Positions 12,463-24,474 of a stretch of DNA of 64,000 nt are shown one piece after another. The stretch's first letter is position 1, and the number at the start of each line of letters is the position of its first letter. The stretch lies in NCBI GenBank assembly GCA_021613535.1, contig CP075495.1:13082001-13146000 (forward strand), written 5' to 3'. This stretch comes from Adineta vaga (taxonomy: Eukaryota; Animalia; Rotifera). The translations under genes were made by a program, and so were the position numbers. The notes below the pieces were generated by a model. That model saw nothing but the letters and a program-made list of their open reading frames with translations, did no database searches and was not told where the DNA came from.

Positions 12463-13170
12463 TCAATTCAAAGGTGTTAATTTACATCCTAATAAACCAT
12501 TTCCTGACCATTTTTTCGGTGTTAATGATACAGTCTGTTGTTCTTTTGTATTACTACGTTGAATAAGTAATGTAATTGTACGATTTTCACTATTGTTCAC
12601 GAGTGATGCGACATCTTGCATCGTACGAAAATTATCTTTTCGAATTGTACCAATACGACAGATAAGATCACCAACTTGAAGACCGGCTATTTGAGCAGGT
12701 GATTCATTACTAACAATATCAACACGAAGAAATGGTTCCTTATTTAATAAAGTTGTTTGACTGGAAATTGTTGCTGTCGAATCAGTAGTGTTCGAAGAAT
12801 TATTTGAACTATTTTCATGTATTTGAATAAGACCAGCTTCGATTTGTTTCATCAATGCTTTATGATCATTTTGTAAGCAGATAATACGTTGTCGTGCTTG
12901 ACGTACTCGAACAAGATCAATATCATTTCTTCAGTAAAAGAAAATAATAAATGATGATAATATAAAGTAAAATAACAGAATATTCTACCTTGGATAACCC
13001 TCTCTATCAACCAATTCGCCTGTCATACCAATATCACCTTGAGATTTTAATTCATTACCTAATTCATTCAATTCATTTTCAATATCATCTTTTTGTTTCA
13101 CCAATACTAATAATTCTTCTCGATTCATCTTGATTGATTGATCTGAAAGAGAAACATCACCTAACATCAT
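12463..13170 (-). CDS. PSMD9: 26S proteasome assembly chaperone p27/Nas2 (coiled coil + PDZ)
   Basis: [44 protein letters not shown]; PDZ; terminal LTPKKWSGNGLLGC. The start may be a downstream Met. Confidence 0.93.
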
Positions 13171-13406
13171 GATTCATTGTGTTTTTTATTTTCTGATTTC
13201 TAATTAAACTATCGTTTCTCGCTTCAGTTTGTTTTTGTAGTTAAAAACTACTTGCTACTTCTATACCTTTTATATATCTCCTCTGTTCGTCACTTTATGT
13301 ACCAATCAAATTAGTTCTTAATCAAATGATCTGATTGGTCATGCGTTTTAAACAATACAATTCAGTTCTTCTCGTTTTGTGGTGTTGTGCCGTTGTAGTG
13401 GTAATC

Positions 13407-14731
13407 ATGAAAGCAGCTCTCTCTCGGTTCACTAGGATTCTTTCTAATTATCAAAGATATTCATCACTATATATTCCTCTTGTATCAAATAGGAATGAAC
13501 AGCGTTCACGAAAGATTAATTCATCCGTACCATTTGCTTTTCTTTTCGCAGCAAGTTCTTTAAGTTTATATGAAATTCATAAACGTTATCGTTTATATGC
13601 TTTATCAATTGATGAAACGATTCCTTCGACACCGAAAGGTCCACTCATTGTCGATGCGCAAAAACCATTAGTCGAAAAAGTCCCATACTCCAAACAATAT
13701 AATTTTATCGCTGATGTTGTGGAACATGTTGCTCCAGCTGTCGTTCATATTGAAGTAGATCTTGATCCGATACCGTATTTTGGACATTTTAATTCATCAT
13801 ATGGTACGACAAATGGTTCTGGTTTTATTATAAATGAAACAGGATTATTATTAACTAATGCACATGTTGTACGGAACAAGAAAAATGTGAAAATAAAACT
13901 TACTGACGGCCAACGTTTTACTGGTACTGTACAATATGGTAATGAAATTAAAATTCTATTACTACTACTAATAATATTTAATGGTGTTTTTTTTTCGTTT
14001 TTTTAGTTGATATGGTTGCCGATTTAGCTGTTGTTCAGATTGATTCCAATCATCAAAAACTACCCTATTTAGCATTAGGAGATTCTGATAAAATTCGTGC
14101 TGGTGAACATTGTATAGCTGTTGGTAGTCCATTAGCATTATCTAATACAGTTACAGCCGGTATTGTTTCCAATGTTGGTCGTGCAAGTAGTGAATTAGGT
14201 TTATTTGGACGTGATATAAATTACATACAAACAGATTGTATGATAACAGGTGGAAATAGTGGTGGTCCACTTGTGAATCTTGATGGACAAGTTATTGGTA
14301 TTAATTCGATGAAAGCTATGACGGGTATTTCATTTTCTTTACCAATAAATTATGCTAAATCATTCTTAGCTGATGTTGAAAAACGAAAACGAAAGCAACC
14401 AATATCAACAACAAATCGTCGACAAGCACGTTATTTAGGAATTAAAATGTTTTCATTAACACCAGAAATTATTGAAGAAATGCGTTATCGTATGCCAACG
14501 ATGTTAACAATTAATAAAGGTGTTTATATTGCTAGTGTATTATTAAATTCGACTGCACAACGTGCAGGTTTACATGTTGGAGATATTATTATTGAAGTTA
14601 ATGGACATGATATTGAAACTAGTGCTGATCTTATTAAACATGTTCAAGAAGATGAAACATTAAATTTAAAAATTATTCGTAACAATGGACTTATTTTTAA
14701 TATTTTAGTTACACCGGAATTGATTGAATAA
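13407..14731 (+). CDS. HTRA2: Mitochondrial HtrA2/Omi-like serine protease with PDZ
   Basis: Basic presequence, TM segment, YNFIADVVE trimerisation motif, catalytic TNAH / ADLA / GNSGGP, C-terminal PDZ. An alternative upstream ATG lies at 13341. Confidence 0.9.
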
Positions 14732-14800
14732 GTATTTAATAAAATTTCTTTTCTTTTCTAGATGAAACAGTAATTTAGATTATATTCAACAGAATTAAAT

Positions 14801-17239
14801 ATGCATACATTAAGATTGTCTAATTGGATTCGACGATCATATGCTAATTTGTACATAAATCGATTTCTGTAAGTTTCATTTTCTTTCATCTATAAATTAT
14901 AGATGATATTTGACGAATTAAAAGGTTTTTTGTTAACTAAGTCTTTCTTTTCTTTTCTTTTCTTTTTTTGTATTCCCAAAGATCGAATAAAACAGCGTCT
15001 AATAAACAAGTTGTTGAACAAGTTCGTCCCACTTCCGAAGAGACAATAGCAAAACGTACAGATCGGCCGCGTCTGGAAGAAGAAGGTTTAGAATATGAAT
15101 ATAAAAATGAATTGGATGTTTTACGTCGAAAAGAACGTTTAACAGTTGATTCAACTAATACACAATATATGACTGTTGTATTCAATGGAGAATATGATCG
15201 AGATATATTGACATACCCTGAATTATTGTCCAAATCTGAATCAACTCATATGAATACATTATGTGAACGTTTCAGGAAATTTACAGATAAAATTGATCGA
15301 AAAAAAATTGAAAGAGAAAATCATGTAGATAAAGATGTTTATCAAGAAATGTCAAAATTACAATTACACGGATTAATCATACCAGAAGAATTTGGTAAGA
15401 CAACATGGGATTTCAGTTAACATTCTATTTGGTTCTTTCCTTTTCTTTACAGGTGGTCTTAGTCTAAATAGTCAATCATCCGTACGAATGTTTGAAGAAT
15501 TAGCAGTTAGTCCGACGATTACAACACAATTATTAGCACATACAGAATATGGTGTCAGAAGTCAGTGATTTTGTTATTATTCTATTGTATAACATTCAAT
15601 ATACTTAATGGTTAAATTATAGGTTTACTTGTATATGGTACAGATGAACAACAACGATATTATTTACCAGAAATGGCAAAAGGTAAAATGATAGCAACAG
15701 CTTGTATTACAGAAGCCAATTGTGGTAGTGATATACGAAATATTCAAACAACAGCAACTGTCAGTGTCGGATCCAAATACATATACAATCAATGGAAAAA
15801 AAATGTGGGTTACAAATGGATTGAATGCAGATGTATTTCTTGTTTATTGTAAAACGAAAGAACGTCATACATCAGAAGATTATGATGATCGTTTTTCATT
15901 TTTTCTTGTTCATCGTGATATGCCTGGTGTGACTATATCACCACCAGTATCGACACTTGGTTTACGTGGTCTTGGATTAACACATGTAGAATTTAAAGAT
16001 GTCAAAGTTCATGCAATACAACATACAATCGGGCAATTGGGTGAAGGTTTAAATGTACTAAGAAATTTACACGGTTACGTACGAACAACACTTTCAGGTT
16101 TGTAAATTAGTTATAAATTAGTTCATTTTCTAAACAAATATTAAAACCGAACTATTTTAGGTATGTGTACTGGTGTTGGTAAACGTCTAATACAATTAGC
16201 ATCAGAACGTGCCATTCAACGTGAATCTTTTAGTCGTAAATTAATGGATCAAGGTTTAATACAAAAACGTTTGTTTCATATGGAAATTGATACATATACT
16301 ATGGAATCAATGACTTATTTAACAAGTGGTATACTTGATTCATTTTCAATGCCAGTTATCTCGATCGAATCTGCATTAACAAAAATCTTTGCAACTGATC
16401 GTTTATATCGTATAGCAAATGATTGTTTAGAAATATTTGGCGTCGAAGGAATTGAAATAGGTCATCCAGTTGAACAATATCTTCGCGATATACGACCATG
16501 GGCAATGTTTGATGTACCCAATGATGTTTTACGGTTATTAACAGCCTGGGAAGGTATCATGAGTGTTAGTTCAGTTATGCATGATTTTGTACGAAAGATT
16601 CGTAATCCAATACACTTTCCTGGAACGAAATTACGACATCTATTCACGAATTGGACATCTCGAGCACAAGCATTACGTGCACCATTTACATTTAAACACG
16701 ATCTTTGGGAAAAAGTAAAACAAAAAACGAAAATAAGAGAAATATTTTCTTTATCATCTCTTTATTCATTTAGGTTCATCCGTCATTAGGTATACCCGCA
16801 AGAGATCTTGAATATGCTATATTTATTCTACGAAATGCTACGAAAGAAACGTTAACTAAATCGGGACGTGATATCATGGATAATCAATTATATTTAAGAC
16901 GTTTATCAGAAATAGTAATGGAAATCTATGCAATGTCAGCAATGTTAGGTCGATCATCACGTGCCTATTCAATTGGTTTGAAAAATTGTGAACATGAAAC
17001 TGAAATGACATTTCTATATTGTAAACATGCACGAATGAGAATTGATAAATTAGCCAAAGAAATTAAGGAACATGGATATCAAACTGGTGATGAACATTTA
17101 CAACATTTAGCTAAACGAGTAAATGAAGATGCTAATTAATCTAATGACAAATGAATTATTCGATATTTTTACTTTTTTATTTTAGATGCTCATTGCCAAA
17201 GGTTATCCAATCACTACACCACTCGAACGAACATATTAA
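14801..17239 (+). CDS. ACAD9: ACAD9/VLCAD-like acyl-CoA dehydrogenase family protein
   Basis: Mitochondrial-like presequence; IPEEFGGL; ITEANCGSD; INGKKMWVTNG; VLCAD/ACAD9-type C-terminal extension (NQLYLRRLSEIVMEIYAMSAMLGRSSRAYSIG). Confidence 0.8.
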
Positions 17240-17360
17240 ACAATTTTTTCTATACATATTGTTTTTTGTTACGACTAGAAAATTGAAGGAACTATGTTTT
17301 GTTTTAGTATATTTTAGTTTTTCAGATTTGTTTTTATAAAAAAGAAACTTAGAAAAAATT

Positions 17361-18657
17361 ATGGTTCGACTTACGCCGGAAGTAATTGAAGCAGCTCCAC
17401 AATATCTCAATCCTGTTGGTCAATACGAATTAAGCTTACGAGGTAAATGAAGAGAAAACAAAATTGTTTTTGCATCGAATTGATAAAAATTACATTGATT
17501 TAGATTTGAAAATTGCCGTAGTGGAAAATTTAGGTGCAACATTGAATCAATTTGATACAATTGATTTTACTAATAATGACATAAGAAAATTGGATGGATT
17601 TCCATTTCTACCAAAATTAAAAACACTTTATTTTGCAAATAATCGCATAGCGTAAGAAGTTTTGATTTCATATCGATGAATTCACCGAGAAAAACTCATT
17701 GATTTTTGACTTAATACCTTATCATATGTTGTTGACGCATTCGAACATATCTGAGAAGAGCAGAACATTCCACCATGGGTCACGGATAGAATTCTTATAT
17801 AAATACATCGAAGACATGAAAATGCATTCCCATCTATTCTTAATACGAACATTCATTTCTTTATAGACGTATTGCTGAGAATCTACAAGAATATATACCT
17901 AATTTGGATACGATAATGCTTAATAATAATACATTACAAGAATTAACGGATATTGATCCATTGGCAACAATACCAAAACTGGCTCATGTTAGGTAAAAAT
18001 TATTTTCTAATATAAAACAAATAAACCAATGGATGGTTGTTTTTCTAGTTTTGCTCGAAATCCAATTTCAATGTTGAAAGATTATCGTTTATATGTTATT
18101 CATATGTTACCTAATCTACGCACGCTTGATTCTAATCGAATAACTCAAAAAGTAGTTATTTTTCGATTTGATTGATATTGATGAAAAGTTCTTTTCTTCT
18201 TTTTCTTAGGAACGCGAAGCAGCTCGTAAACTTTACAAATCAAAATCTGGTGATAAAGCGAAGAAACCAAAGAAAGCAGCGAACACATTTGTACCCGGTG
18301 AAGAATTGGCTAAACAACAACAACAACAAGCACCTCGAATGACGAAAAAAGATGCTGATGCTATCAAAGTTGGCCTCTATTTCCATTCTGTGACAAATAT
18401 GATTCATTTTCTTCTTTGTTTCTTCTAGAAAGCGATTATGGAAGCTAAGTCTATCGATGAAGTTGAAAGATTAAAAGCTTTGTTACAAGCCGGTCAAATG
18501 CCTAATTCCAATGAACAAAAACAACATCAGAATGGTCATACAATAAACACAGAATCTATGGAACAAGAACAACATTCAGGTAAGATAGACCAACGATAAA
18601 TCTATATTGATTTCATTGTATGTTTTTCTTCTAGGAAACAATACCATGGAAATGTGA
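17361..18657 (+). CDS. SNRPA1: U2 snRNP protein A'
   Basis: MVRLTPEVIEAAPQYLNPV...ELSLR; ENLGATLNQFDTIDFTNNDIRKLDGFPFLPKLKTL; AKSIDEVERLKALLQAGQMP. Confidence 0.95.
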
Positions 18658-18861
18658 ATGAGATAGATTAATTGACGAACACTTTCTTTTATATATCGTT
18701 ATTGTTTTGTTCGTTTTCTTTCTTGTTGTTCATTGTTTGTTTTTTTGTAAAGAAGCCCGATGAGAGCAAAAAGACGTGGTTGTTCATTTTTTTCAGATAG
18801 AGAATAAAAATCTAGTGATGATTAAAGTTCATGTCATTACAGAAACGTATTCAACACTCTT

Positions 18862-21163
18862 TTAATTACAAGTTTCTGTCTGACGTGAAGAGAGACTAAT
18901 TACAGCAGATTCATAAGCTTCGTCAAGATCGGCATGAAATAAGGGTCGATCAATATCAAGTATCGGTACGAATACAGTGTTTGTGCTTGATAATAGATTA
19001 TTATTTAGTTGAATTTCTTCATGACTGATTTCTTGATTAAGATTGGTAGGTGCAGGTGCAACAGAAAATACTGTTCGTCCATAATCTGATGAGCCGAATC
19101 CTGCTGAAATTAGTGCACGTTTTACCCAGGGATTTGATAAACCAACAAAATGCCAATTTACTCTCCAATCCGCATAAACATCTAGTTGTCGGCGAACATC
19201 AACGAGATTTTGTACACCAGTTATATCAATATGTGGAACACCGGTGAAATCGAGTATAAGTGCATGCAATCGAGGACGAACATTATTTGTTATGATATCT
19301 TTGTCTGGATGTCGACTTGTCTGTAAATTCCATGGCTGTTGTCCAAGATTATGATAACGATGAGGTTGTCCAGACCGAGTTTCATTAAAAATTTGATTAA
19401 CCATTTTTTCTGTATAATGAGCAGCATTTGGATAGAGAAAACTTTCATGAATTCGATAGATAAATATTCCATTTCCAGGTGAAATTGGAATAACATTTGG
19501 ATTCGTTCCATCGGAACGATCAAGTGGAACATAAATATTTCGTATAGCTGAACAAATATTATTATCACTTGTTAATATGATTTGATGTATCTGTACTCGA
19601 CCAACAAATTGTCCACGTGCTTTAGCAATACGATAGAGTAAAAGAGCACCCGATGCAGCAATACTTACATAGATACCATCTTCAATATTCGAAAATATTG
19701 TAACAATAACACCAGCCCAAAAAATAAAAAATTCAATTGGACTAACTTTCCAAAATTGTTTCAATGTATCAGGTTCAATAATCAAATCACCCACAGCATG
19801 AATAATAACAGCAGCTAAACTCGCTTGTGATATCCAATAGAATACGGGTGTTAGAACATATATTGCAAGAATAATGACCATACCACTGAATAGACCAGCT
19901 AAAGGTGTTCGCACACCAGCTTTAGATTTAATTGCTGTTCGAGAGAATGAACCCGTTGCTGGATATGCACCAAAAAATGGACCAAATATATTTGTCATAC
20001 CAATTGCAATTAATTCTTGATTTGGATCAATAATATAATTATTAATTCGACCAAAGGATTTTGCAATAGCAATATGTTCAATAAGTAAAACAATGACTGT
20101 CGATGGTAAATATGTTAATAGTTTTGAAGCAATTTTATCATCAATATAAGGTACAGCCATATTTTGGAAACCGCTAGGAATGGTGCCGAGCAGTGCTGTG
20201 CGTGGTGCATCCTTATGCTCACGATTGATTAACCATGAAATTAATAAATAGAAAAGAATAATAAATGCTGTACGAAGTGTATTTATAAAGAAAAATAGTT
20301 TTTCACGAGTTGGATAACGTTTAGCTGCATATGTACATATCAATCGAATGAAATAAAGTAGAAATAATGCTGTTAAACCCAAAGCAGCATTTAAATTACA
20401 ATATTTAATATTTTTCCAAAAATTAATAAATACAAGATATGTTGATTGTCGTGTATCAAACGATCGATTATTTCCGACCATTGTTGGAATTTGTCCCATT
20501 GCTATATTGATTGCTGATCCAGTCATAAATGCAGCTAATGCTGGTAATGGTATAAAATCCACGATGAAACCAAGACGAAGAATTCCAAATAAACAAATAA
20601 TACATCCAACTAATATAGCAAGTGCAGAAGCAATTATATGTAATTCATATTGTGGATATACTCGATGAATATCATCCAAAATAGTACCTGTTAAAGCTGA
20701 TACTACAGCGACAGGTCCAATACTAACATCCTACGAAAAACAAAATACAATTTTTTTTATATTAACAAATTTAAATACTGACTTTACTTGTAGCAAAAAA
20801 CCAATAGATCATTACACCAACGAAACAACTGTATAAACCAAATTGTGGTGGTAATTTTGCTAATCCTGCATAGGCCATACTCTGTGGAATAACAATTGCA
20901 CCAACTGTTAGGCCAGCAATGAGATCGCCCCAAAACCATGATAAATTGTACCGATAGATCCATGTTAGAAAAGGAAAAAATGAGAGAAAATAATTTTTTA
21001 TTCGATATTTGGAATTTTTGGTTTTGCTTTTTAGCCAACTTTTTACTGATGGAGATATTTCACGATATTCATGATGCGTAACAGGATTGATATTATTGAT
21101 TACTGATGTATTGATGGTTGATAAAGGAAAATGATTCACTTCTGTTTCTTTAATATCTGTCAT
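18862..21163 (-). CDS. SulP/SLC26 sulfate permease of fungal type (exons 21163-20783 and 20730-18862)
   Basis: GDLIAGLTVGAIVIPQSMAYA; FFATSKDVSIGPVAV; GAYPATGSFSRTAIKSKAGVRTPLAG; STAS domain with a QQPWN insert and ILDFTGVPHIDITGVQNLVDVRRQLD...WHF. Confidence 0.92.
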
Positions 21164-21889
21164 TGAAATTGTTCTTGTATTTAACTTTCAAATAACTACG
21201 CGAATATACATATATATTCGAAAGAATTTCTTCGTTAGTACAATCACATGTGCGAAAATAAATGATGCGTTTCTAATATTTGACACCAATGACATAAACT
21301 ATTTCGATCTTTTCTTTCTCTTCAGGCTATTTTCACCATAGATTTTATGTTATTATATCTCCATCTAGATACTATTTAACGAGACGGAATAAACTGCCTT
21401 TAGGGATCTTCTAAGTGTTTAAGAGAACTTTTTGTATTTAAAATCAACCTATTAATGAAATCAACTGATTGAATTATATAAAAGTATCAGTTTTACTCCA
21501 TCGAAAAATAAGCCTCTAGGGATGAATACTTCCAAACTCAAACATACTGTGACGATTTTTGATGGAAGAGATGTATGCGCTGATGGAGCTACGCTTTTAT
21601 TTATTTCTTCCTCTTGAATCGCGTCGCTTTGATACTAGAAACACGTTTATATACTCATTCATCAATAGAAGGAAAGAAAAGGTAATACCAAAGTACATCA
21701 AAATGTATCGAAATAAGGACAAACAGCATGCGTACAGCGCATGTAAGCGAGAGCGTCACACTTCCGGGTCAAAATTGGGCGCTCTCCCGAGCGTCCGTAA
21801 CATCAAATGAGAAGGAGAAAAGAAACGAAGAGAAAAACGACAGAAGAGACATAAACAATGTATCAGTATAAAACGATATTAAGAAATAT

Positions 21890-22650
21890 AAAATAGAATA
21901 AAACAAATGCGGAAACTTCGGATTTTATCCGAAAGTTATGTGTACTGCAAAAAGTGTATGAGATAGATGATATAAGGAAATATCAGAGTTTTTTCAATAA
22001 CTCAGCATCGGATTAGCCTTTTAGGAGTTGTCGTGCAAACGAACGTATGGATGCACACATAGATTGATTCTAGTAATGCGCTCACTTTTCCGGTATGCCC
22101 GAAAAAGTACGAGGTTTCAAATATGTTGTCAATAACATGTTGTTGAAAACTAGACTATGTTCATCTGAGACTTTCAAATGAAAAGAAATTATATTTTTGA
22201 ATGAATTTCTACATTTTCACCAATTAACACACCCGAGAATGACTTTGATAAAGTGAAATAATACAAAGAGAATTTGGGTGAAATTTCACCCAGGTCACCC
22301 CTCCCTACCCTCTACTCGTATTCCAACACTCTCTCAACCTTTCCCTAGACCTAGAGAAGCACCATCGAAAGTTTGGTAATCTTAGCTATTACGGGGACTG
22401 AATGGATAGCGAACAGGCAGACAAACATACTACTTTATATATAGAGATATTGGGAAATTTTTCTGTAAGTGAACAATGGTACGACCGATTGAGCTCATCA
22501 TTAGAACTCAACCGAGATATTGATGAAACAATTCTGTATACAAAATTTCAGCTCAATCGGATGTAGTTGTGAAGAGTTATCGTGTAAACGGCCGGACGGA
22601 TACACTGACCGATTCTATAGTGTCCTCACTTTTTGAGTACACAAAAATAA
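21890..22650. repeat. Fragments resembling non-autonomous Helitron/HINE-type interspersed repeats
   Basis: Motifs such as AAATTTCAGCTCAATCGG, CGGACGGATACAC and ACAGGCAGACAAACATAC...TATATATAGAGAT resemble invertebrate HINE/Lep1-like element ends. Boundaries are approximate. Confidence 0.4.
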
Positions 22651-22970
22651 TAAATATACTATTCATAAAGAGAGTATTAGCATCAAACATCGAGAACGAG
22701 CACGGCTGAAAATGGATCATGGCAAAAGCATAAATCAACAAAATAACCCTGAAAGTGCAGATGGAAGCATGATATTGAGAAGAGAGATCGCCAATCAGTA
22801 GAAGGGGACCACTTCCGCGACTGCGACGAAGGAACCATGGAGACAAAGATGAGTACCATGGAATCACACCGGTATCCACAAATTGTGGGGTAATTGTCAG
22901 TCCCACGCTGAGCTTAATCATTAACACCGTTTCGTTTCATGTTGACGGGAATACAAAGCGACGTACAGAT

Positions 22971-23339
22971 ATCAGTGTGAAGCTAGCACCATGAAGCTAG
23001 CACCACGAAACTAAGAGTTTTGTGAAAACGAATTCCCGTCCATGAAAAAGAGTCTGTTGGACGCAGAATTTGATTCTGCATCGAATGGCGCTACTTTCAT
23101 TCACGGGAAAGCGAATGGACAAATTTTATTCGAACTTTTCTTTTATATATGTAAGCATGAGAGGAAAATAAAAATCGAGGTAAGCTTCGTTCTCATCGTT
23201 TTCCCGTGAATGCGAGTAGCGCCATTCGATGCAGAATCAGATTCTGCGTCGAATAGACTCATTTTTATCGACGGGAATTCGTTTTCACAAAACTCTTAGT
23301 TTCGTGGTGCTAGCTTCGTGGTACTAGCTTCACACTGAT
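22971..23339. mobile_element. 369-bp foldback/MULE-like MITE with ~150-bp TIRs
   Basis: ATCAGTGTGAAGCTAGCACC... / ...GGTACTAGCTTCACACTGAT long inverted repeats. A perfect 9-bp TSD CGTACAGAT lies at 22962-22970 and 23340-23348. Confidence 0.92.
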
Positions 23340-23888
23340 CGTACAGATGATGTTGTTGGACAAGATCGTAGTCGTTGACTTCGTGTTCAGAGGAAGAAGA
23401 TTCGATGGACAGGGTCGCCAAATGTGACGATTTTTTTGTAGAAGAGGCTCAAGCGTTGATAGAGCTACGCCTTCCTTTATTTCTTCATATCATATATCGT
23501 ATCGTTCTCACACATACGGTAGAGTAACGTGCATAACGTTACTAAATTGTTCTATCTGGAAGAGTATTACTATCATTTATAAGAACATTCAGTTATAATT
23601 AGTGACAAAAGATAAGAAAGATCGTTTGAGAATCAATTGCCGAAAATGAATACGATGATAATCTTCAAAAATAAATCGAATATATCAAAGTAGTTAAAAG
23701 AAATGACATATTATGCGATAATATAGCTTTCAACTTATATCTGATAGTGTTGGTACTGTATGATAGATGATATTTTTCATAATAGTTCTTTTTTTGTGTC
23801 TTACTTATCAGTTCTACTAATACTTGATATTGATGAGATAGGAAAAGTAATTATCTAGTGTATAGCATTTGTAGACGAATATCTGATT

Positions 23889-24474
23889 ATGAAAGTATGT
23901 TTTGAATATATTCCATCGTTTTCTGATATTTTTATACGTGAATTTAGACGATTTGTCTACTTGTTTTTGTGACTTTCATTGTCATCGTAACATCAGAATC
24001 TAATGGTGAATTTCAAAGTTTGTACATTTATTATTAAGAATTCCATTTCTTGAGAAAAAAAGTATATTTTTAGTTGAATCGAATGAAGCCCTACAATTTT
24101 TACTTCGAGCGGGTCGAACATTTTTCCATCCAGGAAAAACCAAATGTGAAGAACAAAAACGAGAAGCTCGAAAAGCTTATGAAGAAAAATGTACTATGTT
24201 AGGCAAACGTTTTTGTCCAAAAATAAGTGCATGGAAAGATTTTCAACAATGGGAAATCGGTGATGGATATGAACGTAAAAGAAATCCTTTACCAACAGAA
24301 GCAACACCATCACCCCAAATGCATACGATGCGTACCTATCGAACGCGTCTTTATACACCAGCAACATTACCAACACATAGAACACCAATGCATAGACCTG
24401 TAACTATGCAACCTAATTATCATGTACCTCAATATCAAAATGAAGGAATAACACGAAACCCTTTCGAAAAATGA
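23889..24474 (+). CDS. Small secreted prepro-protein (exons 23889-23894, 23948-24017, 24074-24474)
   Basis: GT-AG splicing gives MKTICLLVFVTFIVIVTSESNG-EFQIESNEALQFLLRAGR-TFFHPGKTKCEEQKREARKAYEEKCTMLGKRFCPKISAWKDFQQWE..., followed by a Pro/Thr-rich tail. Confidence 0.75.

Larger units (their letters stand above)
21548..23512 (-). mobile_element. Degenerate non-coding LTR retrotransposon relic with nested insertions
   Basis: Two related ends both finish ...AATCGTCACA on the minus strand (21548 and 23423). A PBS-like TGGCGACCCTG follows the 5' LTR (23410-23420). A 5-bp TSD CATAC lies at 21543-21547 and 23513-23517. The left LTR has TATATAAA and AATAAA. No gag/pol remnant was recognised. Confidence 0.7.

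Noticed and set aside
21575-21600. Hammerhead ribozyme (Penelope/Terminon-type) suggested by GCTGATGG in a repeated motif
   Set aside because: The core is CTGATGG rather than CUGANGA, there is no correctly placed GAAA, and the repeat is better explained as an LTR end.
22577-22927. 116-aa ORF inside the LTR relic as gag/env
   Set aside because: No recognisable retroelement motifs, and it runs across a repeat boundary.
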